Below, one piece after another: positions 1 to 9,875 of a DNA stretch of 64,000 bases (within the stretch, counting starts at the first letter, position 1; each line of letters starts with the position of its first letter). The stretch is from a virus (taxonomy: Duplodnaviria; Caudoviricetes): positions 22,184 through 86,183 of the IMG/VR virus record IMGVR_UViG_3300001525_000272. One strand, 5' to 3'. The position numbers and the translations under genes are program-made. The notes under the pieces were generated by a model that worked only from the letters and a program-made list of their open reading frames with translations, ran no database searches and was not told the DNA's origin.

Positions 1-1134
1 CCATCTCAAAATCCAGAAATTCATAAAAAACAAGTAGATTCAATATGTAAAGTAAAACGACATAATTCATATTTAAGTATGATAAATGATGATTCTAATG
101 ATGTTAAATTAATATCATCAGAAGATGATTTTCATAAGTATTTTAATGGTGATATTGATCTGTTAAAATGGAAATGTAAACGTTGCGGAAATGAATTCTA
201 TTCAAGACGAGATACTAATTTAGATGGTTTTGCGAGATGTTTTATATGTTACCCATATGAATCATCACATTCAGAGACAGATGTTTACAATTTCATAAAA
301 GAATTAGATTCTGATATTACTCGTCACAGAAGAGATATTATTAAAGGAAGAGAATTAGATATCTTTAGTTCAGCTAAAAATATAGCTATTGAATATAATG
401 GGTTATATTGGCATTCTTCTGCGACTAATACAAATCCAAAATACCATTTAAAGAAAACTCAAGAATGTGAAGCAAAAGATATTCAGTTGATTCATATTTT
501 TGAAGATGAATGGTTATTCAAAAAAGACATTGTGGTGTCTCGATTATCAAACTTGTTTGGAAAATACTCTAATATTGTATATGCTAGAAATTGTATGATC
601 AAAGAAATTACACACCAAGAATCTAAAATATTTCTTGAAATGAATCATATTCAGGGTGATTGTAAAAGTAAATATAATATTGGTTTGTTTTTCAATAATG
701 AACTGATTTCTTTAATGACTTTTGGACCTTACAGAAAAGCTCTTGGAAGAAGTAAAGTTGAAAATGAATATGAACTTCTTCGTTTTTGTAATAAGATTGG
801 ATATCACATTCCCGGTGCTGCTTCAAAATTACTTACGTATTTTGAAAGAACTTACAAACCCAATAAACTTATTTCATATGCAGATAGAAGATGGAGTAAA
901 GGAAAATTATATAAAGCTCTTGGATTTCAATTCATTAGATATACGGATCCGAATTATTTCTATATAATCGGACATAAAAGAGAAAACAGATTCAAATGGA
1001 GAAAATCAGAATTGCCAAAATTACTAAGTGATGTAGATATGTCTTTGTCAGAAGAAAAAATCATGTATAATCACGGTTACTTCAAAATATATGACTGTGG
1101 AAATTATCTATTCGAAAAGACGTATAAATTATAA
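1..1134 (+). CDS. Hef/Vsr-like (PD-(D/E)xK) homing endonuclease with Zn ribbon and C-terminal Mom-like GNAT domain; 5'-truncated by the window edge
   Basis: Frame is open from base 1 (PSQNPEIHKK...). Motifs: CKRC...CFIC, ELDIF..NIAIEYNGLYWH, HIFEDEW; then YELLRFC, GAASKLL, ISYADRRWSKGKLYKALGF (GNAT-like). Confidence 0.7.
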   Translation, partial: PSQNPEIHKKQVDSICKVKRHNSYLSMINDDSNDVKLISSEDDFHKYFNGDIDLLKWKCKRCGNEFYSRRDTNLDGFARCFICYPYESSHSETDVYNFIKELDSDITRHRRDIIKGRELDIFSSAKNIAIEYNGLYWHSSATNTNPKYHLKKTQECEAKDIQLIHIFEDEWLFKKDIVVSRLSNLFGKYSNIVYARNCMIKEITHQESKIFLEMNHIQGDCKSKYNIGLFFNNELISLMTFGPYRKALGRSKVENEYELLRFCNKIGYHIPGAASKLLTYFERTYKPNKLISYADRRWSKGKLYKALGFQFIRYTDPNYFYIIGHKRENRFKWRKSELPKLLSDVDMSLSEEKIMYNHGYFKIYDCGNYLFEKTYKL

Positions 1135-1168
1135 TTATTTTTAAAATTCCTGTATTCTAGTACAGGTA

Positions 1169-1232
1169 CTCTTCATAGTATCAGTTATTAACAATCGGGG
1201 TTGGGTGGACGGGGAACTGATACTATGAAGAG
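1169..1232. repeat. perfect 18-bp inverted repeat enclosing a 28-nt G-rich loop
   Basis: ctcttcatagtatcagtt (1169-1186) pairs with aactgatactatgaagag (1215-1232); loop is attaacaatcggggttgggtggacgggg. Confidence 0.9.
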
Positions 1233-1269
1233 ATTCTTCTACACGAAAAAATTAAAAGGAGAATTTCAT

Positions 1270-1461
1270 ATGAAAAAGTTATTTTCGCTTATTATAATTA
1301 CTGTTGCTTTAAATGGTTGTATTTTTAGACCAGATACAAATAACAATCAATCATATCATAATAACGATAATTCTGTTGTCTATGGTAGTAGTTTTAATGA
1401 AGAACATTATATATGGGAAAACTGGTCATTTACCACAAACAGAGTTGTTCAACCAAGATAA
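1270..1461 (+). CDS. small putative lipoprotein (63 aa)
   Basis: AAGGAG RBS before ATG 1270; MKK + hydrophobic stretch + LNGC lipobox-like motif. Confidence 0.5.
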   Translation: MKKLFSLIIITVALNGCIFRPDTNNNQSYHNNDNSVVYGSSFNEEHYIWENWSFTTNRVVQPR

Positions 1462-1484
1462 AAATTTTAAAAAGGAACTAATAC

Positions 1485-2240
1485 ATGAAATGGTTTGATC
1501 TTATTAATTTTGGACATCTTCCTTTTAAATCTTCAGTTAAATCTGGTAATCAATATTATATTGAGAAATATAAGGATTTTGATGGAATCATTATGACTTA
1601 TTATGGGTCAAATGATAAAGATGGTAATAGAGTTCTTATTGATGGTACAGTAACTCCATTGAAGATTGATAATAGACAATTGGCTGCTCCCACTGATCAA
1701 CAAGGTAATAAACCACATTGTGCTGGTTATAGTGTATGTAATTGGGCTGAAGCTGTATTATGGAAAAGAACTGGTAAACTTTATAATTTGGATGCAGATC
1801 AAGTTTATGCCAAAGCAAAACAACTTGATGGTGATGTAGATGGAGAAGGTACTTATCTTGAATGTGCAATCAAGGCAGCAATTCAACTTGGTGGTTTTGA
1901 AACCAAAAATCTGAAAATTGATTTTGTATTCAATGATATGAATCAGACTACTATTGATACTATAAAGATGTTAGTACATAGATATGATTTTGTACATTGT
2001 GGTTTGAAGATTAATGAAGGTTGGTACAAATGTAATAACAAGAATTATGTTATTAAACCCAGTGGTAGAGATCTTGGTGGTCACGCAGTTTTGATTGTTG
2101 GTTATGATCAACAAGGTGTATATATTCAAAATTCCTGGGGTAAATCTTGGGGTGCCAATGGTTTTTGTATTTTACCTTGGGATGAATTCTTAAAAGAATT
2201 TATCTATGGTTGTTTCATTACCGGTCTCTTCAATGAATAA
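1485..2240 (+). CDS. papain-like C1 family cysteine peptidase
   Basis: DQQGNKPHCAGY (Gln oxyanion residue, catalytic Cys), GGHAVLIVGY (His), IQNSWG (Asn); AAGGA RBS. Confidence 0.85.
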   Translation: MKWFDLINFGHLPFKSSVKSGNQYYIEKYKDFDGIIMTYYGSNDKDGNRVLIDGTVTPLKIDNRQLAAPTDQQGNKPHCAGYSVCNWAEAVLWKRTGKLYNLDADQVYAKAKQLDGDVDGEGTYLECAIKAAIQLGGFETKNLKIDFVFNDMNQTTIDTIKMLVHRYDFVHCGLKINEGWYKCNNKNYVIKPSGRDLGGHAVLIVGYDQQGVYIQNSWGKSWGANGFCILPWDEFLKEFIYGCFITGLFNE

Positions 2241-2250
2241 TTAGAAAATT

Positions 2251-2478
2251 ATGCCAGAAAGAACTAAAGATGGTAAATGGAAATGGGGAAATATCAAACG
2301 AAAATCTCGTAAAGAACTTTCCCAAACTGTTTACGGTATTTGGAAAGGTAATGGTTCAAAGGGTTCTTTCCATAACTTCTATCATTATGGAAACGGTTTT
2401 AAAACATCCAAAAATAATAAAGTTAAGAAAGAATCCTATCAGTTAAATCCGTTATTGTATAGAAATATCTTTAATTGA
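2251..2478 (+). CDS. small basic hypothetical protein
   Basis: 75-aa ORF filling the gap between the peptidase and terminase genes, same strand. Confidence 0.5.
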   Translation: MPERTKDGKWKWGNIKRKSRKELSQTVYGIWKGNGSKGSFHNFYHYGNGFKTSKNNKVKKESYQLNPLLYRNIFN

Positions 2479-2493
2479 AATTATTAGATTGTT

Positions 2494-4275
2494 ATGATTA
2501 TAGATCAACTTAATAATGATCAAGCTTATCAGCTTAGTGAGTATTTTAAGTGCAAAAATGATCTGATTTATTTTATAGAACATTGGGCTATGTTGCCTAC
2601 TGCTGGTGGCGATGATCACATCAAATTATATGATTTACAAAAGAAATATCTTCATCATATTCTTGAAAACCATCATACTATTATTTGTAAATCTCGTCAA
2701 GTTGGTGCATCTACAATGAATCAATTTTTGTATGCTTGGATATGTACATTTTATGAAAATGTTGTTATTGGAGTAGTATCTCGTTCTGGTTCAGAATCAA
2801 CTGATTTTGCTCGTAAAGTAATGGATATATTAGATAAGTTACCCAGTTGGTTAAGACCTGAATTTACTAAAAGAACAGAACAATCCTTCATTCTTAAAAA
2901 TGGTTGTAAATTATATACTGCAGCAATAAATCCATCTAATCCATCAAACTTATTAAGAGGTAAATCTCTGCATTGCCTCACAATAGATGAGTGTAGTTTT
3001 ATTCCTTCAATCGACGTAGGAGCTGCTGCTATAATGCCAGCACTGTCAAAAGCGCAAAAAGACGCACGAGAAAGAGGTATCCCATACTGTACTACTATAA
3101 TATCAACACCAAATAGAACTACAGGTATCGGAAAATACTATTTCAATATGTGGAAAGATGCCATCAATGGTAATAGTATTTATAAACCATTCCAGATGTG
3201 GTGGAAAGATATTCCAGAATTTGCTGATGATCCGAACTGGTACAAAGAACAATGTGCTTTATTGGGAAATGTAAAATGGCGTATAGCACAAGAACTTGAT
3301 TTACAATTTGTTGCTTCATCAAATTCATTCTTTGATGCTGATATTATATCAAAGCTTAATACTATTGATGTTAAACCAATTTCAATTACTACTATTAATG
3401 GTCATGATCTTAAACATTTTGCTGTACCGGACAAAAATAGATTCTATCTTATTGGTATAGATACAGCATCAAATTATGGTACAGATAGTTCTACTATTTG
3501 GGTTATGGATTATGAAACCGGAGAACAAGTAGCAGAATTCCAATCCAAACTTAGAGTTGATGAATTTTGTCCCATTATCGAACAAGTATGTAAGATATTT
3601 CCAAATAACTTACTGATTCCAGAATGTAACTCTTATGGTAATCAGGTATGTGAATACTTGACAAGAAAAGGCATCTATAATATCTATCAAACCAAATCAA
3701 AGAATAATGTTATTGGTTCTTCAAAAGGTAGTAAATATAGATATGGTTTATATACCAATCCAATGAATAGACCATTAATCATTGATGCTCTTTATACTGT
3801 AGTTTCAGAATCAATTGAGTGTGTCAAATCTGTTAATACAGCGCTTGAATTAGTATCATTGATTGATGATGGAAACGGAAAAGTTGCTGCTGATGAAGGT
3901 GAACATGATGACTTAGTAATGGCTTTTGCATTCTGTTGTTATGTTCGTCTGTATGATCCACCAAAAACACTTCTTTCAAAAACTTCAACTAAAGAAGAAA
4001 GAGAAACTATTGATGATGTTGTTAATTGGAATAATGATGAAAATGGATTAGTCAATATAGCTCCAGAATTATCAAAAATGTATGATGAAGCCAATGAAGT
4101 TGATGATCCAATTAAAAAACAACAATTGTTAAATAAATCATATAGAAAATTTATTAGTACTAATTTTGATAGACTTATGGAACAAAGTGCTGATCAAAGA
4201 TTAGACACACCACAAGGTTCGTATATCAATCTTATTGATATAATGAATGGTAAAAGAAATACTAGTTATTTCTAA
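2494..4275 (+). CDS. terL: terminase large subunit (T4 gp17-like)
   Basis: Walker A ICKSRQVGAST, Walker B LTIDECSFI, STPN coupling motif, RNase H-like nuclease IGIDTAS..DSS and EHDDLVMA. Confidence 0.92.
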   Translation: MIIDQLNNDQAYQLSEYFKCKNDLIYFIEHWAMLPTAGGDDHIKLYDLQKKYLHHILENHHTIICKSRQVGASTMNQFLYAWICTFYENVVIGVVSRSGSESTDFARKVMDILDKLPSWLRPEFTKRTEQSFILKNGCKLYTAAINPSNPSNLLRGKSLHCLTIDECSFIPSIDVGAAAIMPALSKAQKDARERGIPYCTTIISTPNRTTGIGKYYFNMWKDAINGNSIYKPFQMWWKDIPEFADDPNWYKEQCALLGNVKWRIAQELDLQFVASSNSFFDADIISKLNTIDVKPISITTINGHDLKHFAVPDKNRFYLIGIDTASNYGTDSSTIWVMDYETGEQVAEFQSKLRVDEFCPIIEQVCKIFPNNLLIPECNSYGNQVCEYLTRKGIYNIYQTKSKNNVIGSSKGSKYRYGLYTNPMNRPLIIDALYTVVSESIECVKSVNTALELVSLIDDGNGKVAADEGEHDDLVMAFAFCCYVRLYDPPKTLLSKTSTKEERETIDDVVNWNNDENGLVNIAPELSKMYDEANEVDDPIKKQQLLNKSYRKFISTNFDRLMEQSADQRLDTPQGSYINLIDIMNGKRNTSYF

Positions 4276-4340
4276 AAATCTGCATTATATACTTTTTGAA
4301 CAAACATTAAAGATTTAATGTATGTTTTGTAGATTATTTT

Positions 4341-5279
4341 ATGAGAAAAATTTCAACTTCTAAGGCCGTTAGTAAAGAGCTTAAAAAAGTATTTAATGAA
4401 TCTATATCGATTCCAGAAGGTCTTGTTACTAATAGTGCCATCAGAGATCAATTTATCTCTTTGATGAGACAATCAAAAATTATACCATCAAATTATCTTT
4501 TACAAATTTGGAAGTTAATTGATAGACAAGTTATTATTCCTGTCAATAATAAGAAACGTGGACTTCTTAGTTTTCTTAATAAAAGACTGAGTAAAACTTG
4601 TGTTCCCTTTAGTTATAGCGAGTATGATGGTACTATGGGATTCTATAGTGGTGTTTCAAATAGAATCTATATAATAGTTGATAACATCATGAAAGCGAAA
4701 AATTCTGCTGATGGTATAACTACAACAGTAGTTCATGAACTTCAACATATGCAAGGACACAATTTCCCATCAGAATTTTTCAATCTTCACAAGCAATTGA
4801 TATGTAATTTCTATAGCACATTCTTCCGTATTATATGTGATAATAAGTTGAATGTTGATGATACTGCAGTTGAACATTATGCCAAATTCTTGATATATAT
4901 GTTTGATGATATCTTTAGTAGTGCTGGTTCCATTGTCACTGATAATGATTTTCATTCATATAGAGATAAAGTGGCATTAATATATAGAGATAAAAAAGGT
5001 GGTATTCCTTCTGGTGGTATGAATATTGCTGAAGCTGTCACTGCTTGTGCTGAAAGTATGATTGATGGTACATTCTTTGATAGGGCTTCTAAAAATCCAA
5101 AATCCATAGAAAGATATCTTTATATCGCCTATAGTATGACTTATAAAAAGATTGGTATGGATCCAAATAAGTTACATAGTTTCTTTGGACAAGAATGTAT
5201 TGTTCCTACAGAAATAGTAGCTATGGTTCCTGCAATTAGAATTACACCAAATCTTTTTGCTTTCTTGAATAGACTTTAA
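4341..5279 (+). CDS. putative zincin-like metallopeptidase
   Basis: TVVHELQHMQG HExxH motif preceded by a beta strand (RIYIIVD). Confidence 0.5.
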   Translation: MRKISTSKAVSKELKKVFNESISIPEGLVTNSAIRDQFISLMRQSKIIPSNYLLQIWKLIDRQVIIPVNNKKRGLLSFLNKRLSKTCVPFSYSEYDGTMGFYSGVSNRIYIIVDNIMKAKNSADGITTTVVHELQHMQGHNFPSEFFNLHKQLICNFYSTFFRIICDNKLNVDDTAVEHYAKFLIYMFDDIFSSAGSIVTDNDFHSYRDKVALIYRDKKGGIPSGGMNIAEAVTACAESMIDGTFFDRASKNPKSIERYLYIAYSMTYKKIGMDPNKLHSFFGQECIVPTEIVAMVPAIRITPNLFAFLNRL

Positions 5280-5310
5280 TTTTTTAAATGACTAAGGATT
5301 TAGTTTTCTT

Positions 5311-8300
5311 ATGGCTTATAGTGATGATCAAGCTGAAATAGATTCAATGATGTCATCTCCGATGGCTAATATGACCGGAAGTATTCCCACTAGTGAGTTA
5401 AATGCAAATATTTCTGGTTTACGTTCAACTATTAATGCTTTAAGTCAACAAGTCGTTTCTTTGAGTAAATCTACAGCAAGTGTTGCTACCCAGTTTGCCA
5501 AACAAGCTAATAAAGAATATGGTATAGATGGTAGGGCAATGGGTCAATCTATTGCTGGTGCAATTGCTGGCCCATTGGGTGTTGTTTTTACAAAAACACT
5601 TTCTGAATCCGGTGTTGGTGAAAGAATCGGTGCCGGTTTAAAGAATTCGATTGGATCATTAGTTTCTAAATTTAGGAGTAATAAACCAGATTATCAAAGT
5701 GGATTTCTTGATCCTTCATCAATGAGTAAGATCAGTAATCAGAATACAAGAGTTCTTACTGATACTATTGGTACTGATATTAATAAACCACTTGTTGAAG
5801 CAAATAGAATTGCACAATTAGAGTTAAATGAAACTAGAAAAGGTAATACTGACATCACTAGTGCTGTTAGAAATGTTTCGACTACAATAAGTGATACTAG
5901 TGAAAGTTATACAGAATCTATTATTTCTGCTTTAGAGAATCTTGGTACTAAGTTTGAAGATAGTCAAGCAAAAGGGCCAGCAAATCCATTTGTCGATTTT
6001 GCAAAATCAATCTTTTGGTCATCTAAAATTGGTACTTTATTCAAGGGTAAATATACTAATGATATTACAAGATCAAAGAATCCTTTAGAAACACAAGTAT
6101 CAGCATTATTACAGATTTATAGATGGCAACGTCTTTATGGTGAATTGACAAAGAATCAGTTTAATGAGATTATTAGACTGATGGGTGGTCAAGAAAAAGA
6201 TGTTGTAGGTAAACATAGTCTTTTAAAAGATTTTTGGTTGAGAAACAAAAAAGATATCAAGAAGAAAATTGGTAATGGTTTTCAAACCAAACTCATCGAC
6301 TTCTTTATGTATGATGAAGAGGATCGAGATGATAGAAACAGAGCTGCTATGGCTGCTGGTCTCGGTCAAACTCTGAATGGAAATAGAAAAAAGTTATTTG
6401 ATTTGAAAACAATACTCAGCGGTGAAGATGATAAAGAATCTGCATTGGGTTATGCCAAGGGTTTAAATACTGATTTGATGTCTGCAGAACAATTGCAGAG
6501 AGCAAGCGATGAATTATCAAGCAGATTTAATAGATATCAGAAAGCATCTTCATATGGTGAATGGATAAAACCAGATGTAGATTATAAATCAGTCAAAGCA
6601 GCAAATGATGCAAAAAGAGAAGAGATTCAAAAGATTAAAGATAATTTAACGAAAAGAAGAAAGATTTATAATCCATTGAATTGGTTTGATAGTAAAGAAA
6701 AAAGAATTGAAAAAAGTAAAGCGGAAATAGCTAAGAAAGAAGCCGAGTTAAATACTAATGAAACTGTAAATAAACAAATCAAAGAACTTAAAGACAGTAA
6801 AAAATCTACAACTGATAAAGAAGAGTTAAAAGCCATTAATGAACAGATTAAGGCTTTAAAAAAGAAACTTAATACAGAAACAGAAGAGTCATTACAATAT
6901 AAACGTAAAAAGTTTTATAATGGGGTTGATCCGGAACTTTATGAATCTTATGGTGGATTACCAAAAGTAAAAGGTATCAACATTTCCCATAATTATAACA
7001 ATACTATTTCACCACCACCCAGCAGTAGTAATAAGGGTGGTATTTTTAAACCAGTTTCACCAAATCCATTATATAATTCATCATTAGAAGGACTCATTAC
7101 CGGATCTATTCCTGTCACTATAATGGGTTATTCTCAATCAGATGAGAATAACAGTAAATCGACACAATCTATAATTGCAAAAGCAAAACAATTGTCAACT
7201 ATTGATATTGCCAAAAAGGATCCAGAATCACTCAAAATATCTTTACCTGTTGCAACTGATCCTCAAACTGCATTATTACAAACAGTAGCAAAAAGTACAG
7301 CTATAACTGCAGCAGCTGCTTCGAAAAGTGCTCATTATCAAGAAAAGATCTTTAAAGATGATCAAGAAGATGAATCAGAAGCAGAAAGAAATAGAAGATG
7401 GCAACGCGAATGGGATAAGAAGCAAAAAGAAAAAGAAAGAGGTGGTGGCGATGGAAGTGGTGGCAATAGTTTTCTTGATAAAGCTGGAAGATTTATTGCT
7501 CCAGTTGTAGGTGTTGCAGCTGGTGCTTGGGGTGGATGGAAACTTGCCAACTGGCTTAACCCATTTAAAAAAGATGAAAATGTAAAAGAGAGTACCAAAG
7601 ATGCTTTTGCAATGAATGGTTCTGTTGCTGGTGCAAAGGGTGGTATGGCAGTAGTAGATGCAGTTACAGAAGCTGCCAAGAAAACACCAATAAAAAAGGT
7701 TCCTGGATTTAAAACAACTACTAGAGTTGGAAAATTTTTGGGTAAGACTGGTGTTGGTGCACTCAATGTTGTAAATACAGGTCTTCATGCTGCTGATGGT
7801 ATAAGCAGAATAAGTGATGGTCAATCTGTAAGAGGCACCAATCAAATGATTAATGGTGTAACAAACTGGATTCCTGGTGGTGGTTTGATTACATCAATGT
7901 ATGGAGATCTTGCTACTGAATTTGGTGATAGTGTTCAAGGTAAAGTTAGTGATTTAACTGCTAAAGCAACATTAAAAGATGGAACTGTACTTGAAACTAA
8001 TAAGGCTAATAGAGTTGGTGATAATGCTACATTAATGGCTCAACGATTTGGTACTGTAGCATTACCAGCAGCAACAAGTATGACAGCACATGGTTTACAA
8101 ACACTCGGTACAACAACAAGTACAAAATTATTAACAAATGCTGGTACCAAATTGGGTACTTTTGCTGCCAGTAAAGCAGCTACTAAAATTCTTCCTGGTA
8201 TTGGTACAGCTCTTACTGCAGTAGATGTAGCCAGTAGAATTAAAGAAGGGGATAAAGCTGGTGCTCTTCTTTCTGCTGGTGCTGGTGCTGCTGCATTTAT

Positions 8301-9858
8301 TCCCCCACCAGTTATTGGTCTTGGAATTTCTGTAGCTCTTAGTTGTGTATTAATGATTTGTGATATACTTGATGGTATTAAACAAATGAAGGCTGCTGAA
8401 AATGTACAAAATGCTATGAATGATCCAAGATTCTTTATGGATTCGAATATAGCAAATCAAGTACAAAAAATTGGAAATGATAAAGATTTATCAGATGGAG
8501 AAAAATTAATTTTGATTTCTAATATATATAAAAAGTGGAGAAGTCAGAATGGTAAACCGGAACAATTTAGTGAAGAAGTTGGTTTAATGTGTAGTAATAG
8601 AATCTTTATGAAGAATAAAGATACTCATACAGCATTTATTAAAATAGAAGAACTTTGTAAAAAAGCTAAACTCAGCAAACAAGTAGCATTTAGATTTAAA
8701 ATAGCATATTATGATAAATGGAAAATAATTCAAGTTAAGAGAATTGGACTTGGTAAAGTAATAGATATAGTACAAAATAAGGCTCTAAAAGATAAAGAAT
8801 TTTGTCGGGTACAGAAAGAGAAAATCAAAATCTTAAATAAAGCCCTCAAGAAACATAAACTTGATCATTATATATATTATGGCGATCTTTATTATATGTA
8901 TTATAATTGGGTTAACCAACATAAACATGATAAGAATGGAAATAATCAGTATGCAGATCTGTTTAATGATTATGCAATCAAACACGAAGAAGCATCTAAA
9001 CCCAGAGAACTAACAGCTGTTGATAAAGCATTAGAAAATGGTGGTGCTGTTGGTGGTAGTACTGTTAATCAAAATGAGGTCTTAGCTAAAAAATTAGATA
9101 AAGCAAAAAAGAGTATTGAAGTTAAAGAAACTCCAGTTACTGAAAAAGCAACAGAAGCAAAGAAAGAAACTGAAATTAAACCAAGTAATTCTAAACAAGA
9201 TATGATAGATAGGATAATAAATGAACAGAAAAATTATGTCAATCCTCAAGCACTCGAATACTACGGAAAAGAAAAATTAGAAAAAGAACCATGGCATAAT
9301 TATGAAGAATTTAGATATGAAAATGGAAAATTAATACCAATAGCAACTTCATTGAATTCAGCTAAGATGGTACATAATATGAATCAAAGAATATTGAATG
9401 TAAAAGAAAGTGGTAAACATAAACAAATTGCTGGTGAACCAATATTGTTAGATAAACCGTTATCAGAAAAACAACTTGACGTAATGGAAAGAAGTTTAAA
9501 AACTGGTTACAAATATGAACCACAACTTATAGCAAGATATGAAATGCAGAAAAAAGGTAATATAAAAGTCGTTTCTGATAATTCAACCGCTCAAAATATG
9601 CAAGAGGTTAAGAAAAATCAACAACTTGAAGCATCTAACAAAGTGTATTCTCAAACTAAAGCATTAGAAGGAACTACTAAAGCAGTTAAAGATGGAACAG
9701 ATAGAGCTGTTGCTGCTGGAAATGTAAATGCTGCTAAAATTTCCAATAGTGTTAGTAATGTTACTAATGTTATCAACAATAATAATAGTGGTGGTAATGA
9801 TAATGATAATCCAACACTTTATCAACCGAATATTGCTTCCAATGTAATGAATGTATAA
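5311..9858 (+). CDS. tail tape measure-like protein
   Basis: 1515 aa with coiled-coil K/E-rich segments and Gly/Ala-rich hydrophobic stretches (e.g. GALLSAGAGAAAFIPPPVIGLG); lies in the structural module. Confidence 0.7.
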   Translation: MAYSDDQAEIDSMMSSPMANMTGSIPTSELNANISGLRSTINALSQQVVSLSKSTASVATQFAKQANKEYGIDGRAMGQSIAGAIAGPLGVVFTKTLSESGVGERIGAGLKNSIGSLVSKFRSNKPDYQSGFLDPSSMSKISNQNTRVLTDTIGTDINKPLVEANRIAQLELNETRKGNTDITSAVRNVSTTISDTSESYTESIISALENLGTKFEDSQAKGPANPFVDFAKSIFWSSKIGTLFKGKYTNDITRSKNPLETQVSALLQIYRWQRLYGELTKNQFNEIIRLMGGQEKDVVGKHSLLKDFWLRNKKDIKKKIGNGFQTKLIDFFMYDEEDRDDRNRAAMAAGLGQTLNGNRKKLFDLKTILSGEDDKESALGYAKGLNTDLMSAEQLQRASDELSSRFNRYQKASSYGEWIKPDVDYKSVKAANDAKREEIQKIKDNLTKRRKIYNPLNWFDSKEKRIEKSKAEIAKKEAELNTNETVNKQIKELKDSKKSTTDKEELKAINEQIKALKKKLNTETEESLQYKRKKFYNGVDPELYESYGGLPKVKGINISHNYNNTISPPPSSSNKGGIFKPVSPNPLYNSSLEGLITGSIPVTIMGYSQSDENNSKSTQSIIAKAKQLSTIDIAKKDPESLKISLPVATDPQTALLQTVAKSTAITAAAASKSAHYQEKIFKDDQEDESEAERNRRWQREWDKKQKEKERGGGDGSGGNSFLDKAGRFIAPVVGVAAGAWGGWKLANWLNPFKKDENVKESTKDAFAMNGSVAGAKGGMAVVDAVTEAAKKTPIKKVPGFKTTTRVGKFLGKTGVGALNVVNTGLHAADGISRISDGQSVRGTNQMINGVTNWIPGGGLITSMYGDLATEFGDSVQGKVSDLTAKATLKDGTVLETNKANRVGDNATLMAQRFGTVALPAATSMTAHGLQTLGTTTSTKLLTNAGTKLGTFAASKAATKILPGIGTALTAVDVASRIKEGDKAGALLSAGAGAAAFIPPPVIGLGISVALSCVLMICDILDGIKQMKAAENVQNAMNDPRFFMDSNIANQVQKIGNDKDLSDGEKLILISNIYKKWRSQNGKPEQFSEEVGLMCSNRIFMKNKDTHTAFIKIEELCKKAKLSKQVAFRFKIAYYDKWKIIQVKRIGLGKVIDIVQNKALKDKEFCRVQKEKIKILNKALKKHKLDHYIYYGDLYYMYYNWVNQHKHDKNGNNQYADLFNDYAIKHEEASKPRELTAVDKALENGGAVGGSTVNQNEVLAKKLDKAKKSIEVKETPVTEKATEAKKETEIKPSNSKQDMIDRIINEQKNYVNPQALEYYGKEKLEKEPWHNYEEFRYENGKLIPIATSLNSAKMVHNMNQRILNVKESGKHKQIAGEPILLDKPLSEKQLDVMERSLKTGYKYEPQLIARYEMQKKGNIKVVSDNSTAQNMQEVKKNQQLEASNKVYSQTKALEGTTKAVKDGTDRAVAAGNVNAAKISNSVSNVTNVINNNNSGGNDNDNPTLYQPNIASNVMNV

Positions 9859-9875
9859 ATATGGAGATTTGATTT

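Noticed and set aside
7328-7845. Short alternative-frame and antisense ORFs inside the TMP-like gene, and similar ones elsewhere in the track
   Set aside because: Fully nested in well-supported genes, with low-complexity translations.
5311-9858. Lytic (lysozyme/transglycosylase) domain within the TMP-like protein
   Set aside because: No recognisable catalytic motif.
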